DNA from: Paraspadella gotoi
Lineage: Eukaryota; Animalia; Chaetognatha
Direction of reading: 5' to 3'
Assembly: GCA_051294375.1 (NCBI GenBank)
Contig: CM119265.1
Location: forward strand, 2,514,220 to 2,578,219
DNA length: 64,000 nucleotides
The stretch's first letter is position 1. Every line of letters begins with the position of its first letter. This document shows, piece by piece, positions 61,601 through 64,000 of the stretch. Under the pieces are notes generated by a model that was not told the DNA's origin, did not search any database, and was given only the letters and a program-made list of their open reading frames with translations. Position numbers and translations under genes: made by a program.

Positions 61601-63544
61601 GATCTACGGTTCCGATTTGAGCGGGAGTCAATAATGGTACCGCCTCCTCGACAGACGCCGTCAATTACCAAATGCCCGTCAAGGACCCTTCGGTCGCAGC
61701 CGGCCAAATCGAGCTGTCCTCATGTGGGATGTGAACTACGCTAACTGGTGATCTGAGGCTGGAGCTGGGTGATCTGGGCTGGAGCTGGTGATTCGCTGGG
61801 CTTTGGGGGAGCTGTTGTATGCGTTCAATTAACGATCGAAAACAGTTTAACATTTTAACCGTAAACATATCGTCATACGTCATCATCATCATCGATCCGC
61901 CATTTTGAAAAATTCCCCTCTTTCCCCATCAATTAACTCCAATGCAACGGCTGTCAACGTCCATCAGGTACAACCGCAAAGATCAGACGAAAGGTTCATA
62001 GGTCATAGACACAGTGTTGATGGCGGCGATGGGGCCGCCAGGTGGAGGACGGACAGGTGGGGGGAGAGAGAGAGAAGAGAGAGAGAGAGAGACGAGAGAG
62101 AGAGAGAGAGAGAAGAGAGAGAGAGAAGAGAGGAAGCATGTATGTCAGCCATGTTCCTTTAAAGTTTTCTTTTTGTGCCTTAGTTTGTAGGCCCATCAAT
62201 TGTTTTTTTAGCTTAACTCGCGTCTCTGCATTGATTGATTATTGATGTGATATTGCTTTTATTGATCTCTTTGATTGACACTGGCACGATGCCATCTTCA
62301 GCTTTGAGATGACCATCATCTCGATCGAAGCGGGGGGGCGCGATGACGGAGGAGGCAGGGGCTTCCGCCTCCTGCATCTTCCTTCCTCCCCATTGTCCTC
62401 GTCCTCTTCTTTTTTCACGGAGACTCGTAGATTTTTCACGATTTTCACTTGGAAGCTTTTTCACAATTTTCTTACATTTTGCTCTTTTTTTTTCAATAAA
62501 CGCTTCACCTTTTTATTTCTTCGTTCTATTATTTCACGAGATACTTATTCCAGGGGTATTATAGAGAGAAAAGGATAAGAGAGAGATTGGAGAGAGAAGA
62601 AGAGAGAGTAAAGAAAAGAAAAGAAAAGTAAAGAAAAGAAATAATATGACGCCGTTACCCTTCTCTTCCCGAAACCACTCGACCTATCCCAGGTGATAAG
62701 CAAACCGGTTCCCAGGCTCGGTTCCACATGCTCAACATGACTTCCCCAGCGAAGATCAAATCAGACGAATCTTCGGGACGATGTTGAACCACAAGAATGC
62801 TCGACTTTCCCGACGAAGCGCGGAGCAAGTGAGAAAAAAAAGGAGGGGGGGGTTGGTGATGTTGTTGATGGGGTTGTTGTTGTTGTTGGTGTTGTTGTTG
62901 GTGTTGTTGTTGTTGGTGATGTTGTTGTTGTTCTCATTTGCTATGTCATGTAGTTGTTTTATCATTATAATTCTGTGGAAAACTTTATTGTTTTATAATT
63001 ATTTATGTGTTTGAATTTTAGCTGGGTATCTTAATACGATTTGAATATTGTAGTAGTTAATATTACTTCTCATATCTTTTGATTCTGTTTTACTTTGAAA
63101 TCTCTACTCATTATACGAGAAAAAAAAAATATTTTGATTTTCGTAAGGAAACATTTAATTTAAGTGATCTGACCAAAGTTTACGTATCCGAAGACAATGG
63201 CATGGATTTTGTTGTTATATTGAAAAAATCTACAATAAATTGATTTAAGGTTTAATTCTTCCCTTAAACATTAATGCCGTAACCAGGANNNNNNNNNNAT
63301 CTGGGCTGGAGCTGTTGTATGCGTCAATTAACGATCGAAAACAGTTTTAACAAATTTTAACCGTAAAACATCCGTCATCGTCATCATCATCATCATCGCC
63401 ATTTGAAAATTCCCTCTTTCCCCATCAATTAACTCCATCAACGCTGTCAACTCCATCAGGTACAACCGCAAAGATCAGACGAAGGTTCATGTCATAGACA
63501 CAGTGTTGATGGCGGCGATGGGGCCGCCAGGTGGAGGACGACAG
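45..63544 (+). CDS. DNAH2: Axonemal dynein heavy chain, DNAH2-type (partial multi-exon gene: tail/linker to AAA3)
   Basis: Spliced exons give hallmark dynein peptides in the expected order: [82 protein letters not shown]|[53 protein letters not shown]. The DNAH2 subtype rests on recalled similarity to vertebrate DNAH2. Confidence 0.9.
640..788 (+). CDS. DNAH2: Dynein HC exon (tail)
   Basis: cag|TTA...AA|gtgag; LIEKDPEK...[16 protein letters not shown]. Confidence 0.85.
1199..1301 (+). CDS. DNAH2: Dynein HC exon (tail)
   Basis: cag|C...ATG|gtgag; EYMETSP...[14 protein letters not shown]. Confidence 0.85.
1642..1803 (+). CDS. DNAH2: Dynein HC exon (tail)
   Basis: [25 protein letters not shown]; AG/GT boundaries. 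Confidence 0.85.
2064..2135 (-). tRNA. tRNA-Gln(TTG)
   Basis: Reverse complement GGTCCCATGGTGTAACGGTCAGCATTCAGGACTTTGAATCCTGCGATCCGAGTTCGAATCTCGGTGGGACCT; full cloverleaf. Confidence 0.93.
2529..2600 (-). tRNA. tRNA-Gln(TTG)
   Basis: Near-identical copy of 2064-2135 (one D-loop difference). Confidence 0.93.
2891..3088 (+). CDS. DNAH2: Dynein HC exon (tail)
   Basis: PPATLEELG...[12 protein letters not shown]; AG/GT boundaries, 66 codons. Confidence 0.85.
3361..3545 (+). CDS. DNAH2: Dynein HC exon
   Basis: [14 protein letters not shown]...GPFYSN; AG/GT boundaries. Confidence 0.85.
3954..4106 (+). CDS. DNAH2: Dynein HC exon
   Basis: [25 protein letters not shown]...IWEIAMQWD. Confidence 0.85.
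4560..4800 (+). CDS. DNAH2: Dynein HC exon (DHC_N2/linker)
   Basis: LWDEWRLG...[25 protein letters not shown]. Confidence 0.9.
5022..5185 (+). mobile_element. tRNA-headed SINE-like element
   Basis: TGGTGCAG..GG head; tail gttacagcctgatccgaagctcagggact..ttatattgaacggtt recurs inverted at 37487-37550. Confidence 0.5.
5419..5605 (+). CDS. DNAH2: Dynein HC exon (linker)
   Basis: [11 protein letters not shown]...[18 protein letters not shown]. Confidence 0.9.
5628..6010. repeat. (GGGAA)n purine-rich microsatellite
   Basis: Direct inspection. Confidence 0.85.
6378..6449 (-). tRNA. Atypical tRNA-Gln(CTG)-like gene
   Basis: Reverse complement CGACCCA TG GTGT AACGGTT AGCAC G CCGGG TACTGAA CCCGG AAAC CCAAG TTCGACT CTTGG TGGGTCT A. 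Stems pair, but position 33 is A and 1:72 is C/T. Confidence 0.65.
7170..7267 (+). CDS. DNAH2: Dynein HC exon (linker)
   Basis: [14 protein letters not shown]...LLEENQMQ. Confidence 0.9.
7513..7620 (+). CDS. DNAH2: Dynein HC exon (linker)
   Basis: [24 protein letters not shown]...EMLLK; donor is followed by a 21-bp tandem repeat. Confidence 0.9.
7612..7975 (+). repeat. 21-bp minisatellite (GATGTTGAAGGTCGAGTGGTT)n spanning a dynein splice donor
   Basis: About 17 degenerate units beginning inside the exon end. Confidence 0.85.
8228..8348 (+). CDS. DNAH2: Dynein HC exon (linker)
   Basis: [25 protein letters not shown]. Confidence 0.92.
8478..8572. repeat. (GAGAC)n microsatellite
   Basis: Direct inspection. 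Confidence 0.9.
8703..8917 (+). CDS. DNAH2: Dynein HC exon (linker)
   Basis: [28 protein letters not shown]. Confidence 0.92.
9279..9425 (+). CDS. DNAH2: Dynein HC exon (linker)
   Basis: [12 protein letters not shown]...[12 protein letters not shown]...GP. Confidence 0.92.
9891..10081 (+). CDS. DNAH2: Dynein HC exon (linker)
   Basis: VESWLCDIE...[23 protein letters not shown]. Confidence 0.92.
10225..10366 (+). CDS. DNAH2: Dynein HC exon preceding the 36.9-kb intron
   Basis: AKEKGDKK...[20 protein letters not shown]|gtaaaa. Confidence 0.92.
10858..14233 (-). CDS. C2H2 zinc-finger protein A (4 exons, ~864 aa), nested antisense in the dynein intron
   Basis: Exons 14233-12989, 12827-12492, 12051-11872, 11691-10858, all phase 0 and open. 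Acidic N-terminal half followed by many CxxC...HxxxxH fingers (e.g. [22 protein letters not shown]). Confidence 0.85.
14530..17320 (-). CDS. C2H2 zinc-finger protein B (7 exons, ~619 aa)
   Basis: Exons 17320-16803, 16779-16635, 16518-16405, 16325-16069, 15858-15708, 15530-15049, 14722-14530 splice in frame; fingers such as [22 protein letters not shown]. The start could alternatively be 17383. Confidence 0.82.
17575..40873 (-). CDS. C2H2 zinc-finger protein C (8 exons, ~689 aa) with a 16.4-kb intron
   Basis: Exons 40873-40194, 38463-38328, 38111-38004, 37873-37608, 21188-21029, 20715-20511, 18649-18343, 17782-17575 total 2070 nt in one open frame. The 37607-21189 intron splits a finger (RVRHK|HVIAEH) at the same position and phase as a short intron in gene B. 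Confidence 0.8.
19350..19678 (+). mobile_element. Penelope-like retroelement fragment (GIY-YIG endonuclease end)
   Basis: LPYIPGVT...[31 protein letters not shown]...SGISQH matches the Penelope GVY-x-C-x-C...Y(V/I)GET.R...R..EH pattern; no RT domain present. Confidence 0.8.
20157..20341 (-). mobile_element. Partial copy of the 402-bp SINE-like unit
   Basis: tgtggataaggcgctaagtgggctgaagatgactatcc...aacccggtaccta shared with 30623-30806. Confidence 0.65.
21370..22300. repeat. Left arm of long imperfect inverted repeat
   Basis: Collinear blocks match the reverse complement of ~35930-37300 (e.g. tttgaatgcc.aggaaagttgagaaa; tcttaccgtatttttaactc.tagaaatt). Confidence 0.75.
21670..23045. repeat. 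~690-bp AT-rich direct duplication
   Basis: 22020-22350 recurs almost exactly at 22710-23043; sub-blocks recur at 21865 and 22445. Confidence 0.7.
26522..26782. mobile_element. Small MITE-like inverted-repeat element
   Basis: aaagtttttatttttgtttcatacaac.aat.taattagtatga at ~26525 and its reverse complement at ~26733-26780. Confidence 0.5.
28488..34366 (+). CDS. STELLO-like (DUF288) type II membrane glycosyltransferase with an additional C-terminal domain; last exon frameshifted
   Basis: Exons 28488-28611 (KRKK plus hydrophobic anchor), 28712-28956 (WAVTTT...WCLVVVGE), 29055-29313 ([23 protein letters not shown]), 29455-29706 (NPY...[16 protein letters not shown]) are in frame. Exon 32469-~34366 carries [24 protein letters not shown] and LYEKGF...[13 protein letters not shown] across several frameshifts. 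Confidence 0.78.
30623..31308 (-). mobile_element. tRNA-derived SINE-like ~402-bp unit, ~1.7 tandem copies
   Basis: Unit starts at 30623 and 31025. The minus strand has GGTGGCTCATTGAGT (A box), a CTCATGA loop and GGTTCAATCC (B box). There is a perfect 13-bp hairpin TAGGTACCGGGTT/AACCCGGTACCTA. Confidence 0.65.
34720..35370. repeat. Interspersed repeat also present at ~53590-54160
   Basis: Shared blocks aatacaaata.aaaataaa.tcttttacaagct, caggctctgcag...tgtaca, cccaaatttacatccgaga. Confidence 0.55.
35685..35870. repeat. ~23-30-bp minisatellite (TCGCATCAATCATTTGGTTATCA-like)
   Basis: Visible tandem units. Confidence 0.65.
35930..37300. repeat. Right arm of long imperfect inverted repeat (with an internal insertion ~36100-36680)
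   Basis: Reverse-complement match to 21370-22300. Confidence 0.75.
38493..40111. mobile_element. TA-flanked TIR element (Tc1/mariner-type MITE) interrupted by a tandem SINE-like insert
   Basis: ta|CAGAAGGCTTCATATTATAAAAT at 38493 and its reverse complement ending at 40111|ta. The inverted similarity continues for ~200 bp between 39376-39570 and 39915-40086. Confidence 0.75.
38523..39372 (+). mobile_element. GC-rich ~570-bp unit present as ~1.5 tandem copies, with tRNA-like A/B boxes
   Basis: cttgtgg.cagcaagacttaaag at 38523 and 39095; TGGCTGAG..GG and GGTTCAATCC boxes. Confidence 0.55.
41220..44604 (-). CDS. C2H2 zinc-finger protein D (6 exons; last exon frameshifted or noisy)
   Basis: Exons 44604-44260, 44184-43451, 43263-43104, 43023-42584, 42457-41924 are in frame. 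The last exon starts at 41406 ([10 protein letters not shown]) and then loses the HxxxxH frame; the stop position is uncertain. Confidence 0.75.
41396..41852 (-). repeat. 42-51-bp minisatellite consisting of the gene D 3' splice site
   Basis: About 10 units; minus-strand unit TTTTCTGACAACTTTCCCCC(CT)nCCTCAG|ATGGTATTG. Confidence 0.85.
45017..45928 (-). CDS. Secreted protein with two tandem V-type immunoglobulin domains (turtle/IgSF9 Ig1-like)
   Basis: Single 303-aa ORF with a hydrophobic signal-like N-terminus and two LPCG...W.K...RF.GRA...L/I..V...D.G.(F/Y).C units. No clear transmembrane segment; RKKR lies near the C-terminus. Confidence 0.8.
   Translation of the reverse strand: MLHASFSRRQMSLSFSSIVFHPFVLSIFLLSPRPLSANPTTPAPSIVITPIGGVARLPCGLDPPDFWSSSFSLFWFKENVTLPILVDAPRRFQSGVDARFRGRARRGIGFDAVIEDVRPSDAGRFRCHALMDGLPMSRTERWVELRVEGTEPTPDSINVVDAFVGGAVTLPCGVDSPPASLSNVVLKWEKKYAESPILLAYGAYPPHVDERFQGRASRVSSGFDLRVESVRSGDGGRYRCVVLSVDSGESITGEWVVLDVVLDVETTNRGTTRKKRTTNNFGCSGFFFFGFCVPKFDGYFTTV
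46644..46757 (-). tRNA. tRNA-Leu(CAA) with ~31-nt intron
   Basis: Reverse complement GTCAGGATGGCCGAGTGGTCTAAGGCGCCAGACTCAAG-[intron]-TTCTGGTCCGCGAATGCGGGCGGGGTTCGAATCCCACTTCTGACA. The T-stem appears one nt short (error or pseudogene). Confidence 0.8.
47228..47379 (+). CDS. DNAH2: Dynein HC exon following the 36.9-kb intron
   Basis: cag|[10 protein letters not shown]...[11 protein letters not shown]...DCVIRQTN; continues the conserved VTI(E/Q)|(I/V)H(A/E)RD motif in phase 0. Confidence 0.92.
47462..47560 (+). CDS. DNAH2: Dynein HC exon (start of AAA1)
   Basis: [29 protein letters not shown]. Confidence 0.93.
47582..47658 (-). tRNA. tRNA-Gln copy with small insertions (probably read errors)
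   Basis: Same sequence as 2064-2135 with extra bases around the anticodon and D arms, at the start of the noisy segment. Confidence 0.6.
47870..48270 (+). other. Indel-garbled AAA1 Walker A/B exon sequence (low-quality assembly)
   Basis: gaagggccccgctcggcacgggcaagacgg resembles KGPAGTGKT and ttcgatgag...atcaacattaacgaagtgctc resembles FDE...INIEVL, with many single-base insertions. Confidence 0.6.
49112..49404 (+). CDS. DNAH2: Dynein HC exon (AAA1)
   Basis: [41 protein letters not shown]...[13 protein letters not shown]. Confidence 0.93.
49543..49633 (+). CDS. DNAH2: Dynein HC exon (AAA1 lid)
   Basis: [14 protein letters not shown]...EIILLAMK. Confidence 0.9.
49852..49986 (+). CDS. DNAH2: Dynein HC exon
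   Basis: [15 protein letters not shown]...[13 protein letters not shown]. Confidence 0.9.
52435..52497 (+). CDS. DNAH2: Dynein HC exon (end of AAA2)
   Basis: [12 protein letters not shown]; AG/GT boundaries. Confidence 0.85.
53220..53361 (+). CDS. DNAH2: Dynein HC exon (AAA2 lid)
   Basis: [30 protein letters not shown]...FPSK. Confidence 0.88.
53470..53513 (+). CDS. DNAH2: Dynein HC exon
   Basis: [15 protein letters not shown]. Confidence 0.8.
59265..59342 (-). tRNA. tRNA-His(GTG)-like, noisy
   Basis: Reverse complement ~CCGTGATAGTATA.GG.TTAGTACTTCGCGTTGTG.CCGCGACGACCCAGGTTCGATTC resembles eukaryotic tRNA-His; lies within the gap-fill. Confidence 0.55.
60957..61050 (-). tRNA. Second tRNA-His-like copy, very noisy
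   Basis: Shares gaacctgg.gtcgcgcg.ccac.acgcgaa.gtact.aa.cc with 59265-59342. Confidence 0.35.
63460..63544 (+). CDS. DNAH2: Dynein HC exon (AAA3)
   Basis: [28 protein letters not shown]. Confidence 0.88.
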
Positions 63545-64000
63545 GTGNNNNNNNNNNNNNNNNNNNNNNNNNNNNNNNNNNNNNNNNNNNNNNNNNNNNN
63601 NNNNNNNNNNNNNNNNNNNNNNNNNNNNNNNNNNNNNNNNNNNNNNNNNNNNNNNNNNNNNNNNNNNNNNNNNNNNNNNNNNNNNNNNNNNNNNNNNNNN
63701 NNNNNNNNNNNNNNNNNNNNNNNNNNNNNNNNNNNNNNNNNNNNNNNNNNNNNNNNNNTTGATTGATTATTGATTGATTTATTGATTGCTCCTTTGATTG
63801 ACACTGGCACGATGCCATCTCAGGCTTGAGATGCCATCTCGATCGAAGCGGGGGGGCGCGATGAGGAGGAGGGGCTTCCGCCTCCTGCATCTTCTTCCTC
63901 CCCATTCCTCGTCCTTTTTTTCACGGAGCTCGTAGATTTTCACGATTTTCACTTGGAGCTTTTTCACATTTTCTTACATTTTGCTCTTTTTCAATAAACG

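Larger units (their letters stand above)
53585..63288 (+). other. Noisy gap-fill containing indel-rich second copies of dynein AAA1-AAA3 exons and introns
   Basis: Bounded by N-runs. 56530-57200 mirrors 49520-50030, 59360-59620 mirrors 52380-52610, 60020-60740 mirrors 53000-53560, 61800-62500 mirrors 63300-64000, all with dense small insertions in both exons and introns. Confidence 0.75.

Noticed and set aside
53585-63288. Apparent tandem duplicate or pseudogene of the dynein motor-domain exons
   Set aside because: Insertion-dominated errors hit exons, introns and tRNAs alike and the block is bounded by N-gaps, which fits uncorrected long-read gap filling rather than evolution.

Overview
Eukaryotic (invertebrate-like, microsatellite-rich) genomic window. 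The backbone is a multi-exon axonemal dynein heavy chain gene of the DNAH2 / inner-arm I1-beta type on the + strand, running from the tail/linker into AAA1-AAA3 and incomplete at both ends. One dynein intron (10367-47227, ~36.9 kb) holds a co-oriented minus-strand cluster: four paralogous C2H2 zinc-finger genes sharing an N-terminal motif I cannot assign to a named family, a secreted two-Ig-domain gene and an intron-containing tRNA-Leu. One zinc-finger gene has a 16.4-kb intron bracketed by long inverted repeats, and that intron contains a third-level, plus-strand STELLO-like glycosyltransferase gene. Several tRNA genes lie antisense in dynein introns. There are also SINE-like, MITE-like and Penelope-like repeats, and minisatellites made of splice-site sequence. 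The regions ~47.6-48.7 kb and ~53.6-63.3 kb look like uncorrected long-read gap fill (indel-rich copies of dynein exons) and should not be read as biology. All exon coordinates were derived by hand from GT/AG boundaries and frame continuity; no searches were run.
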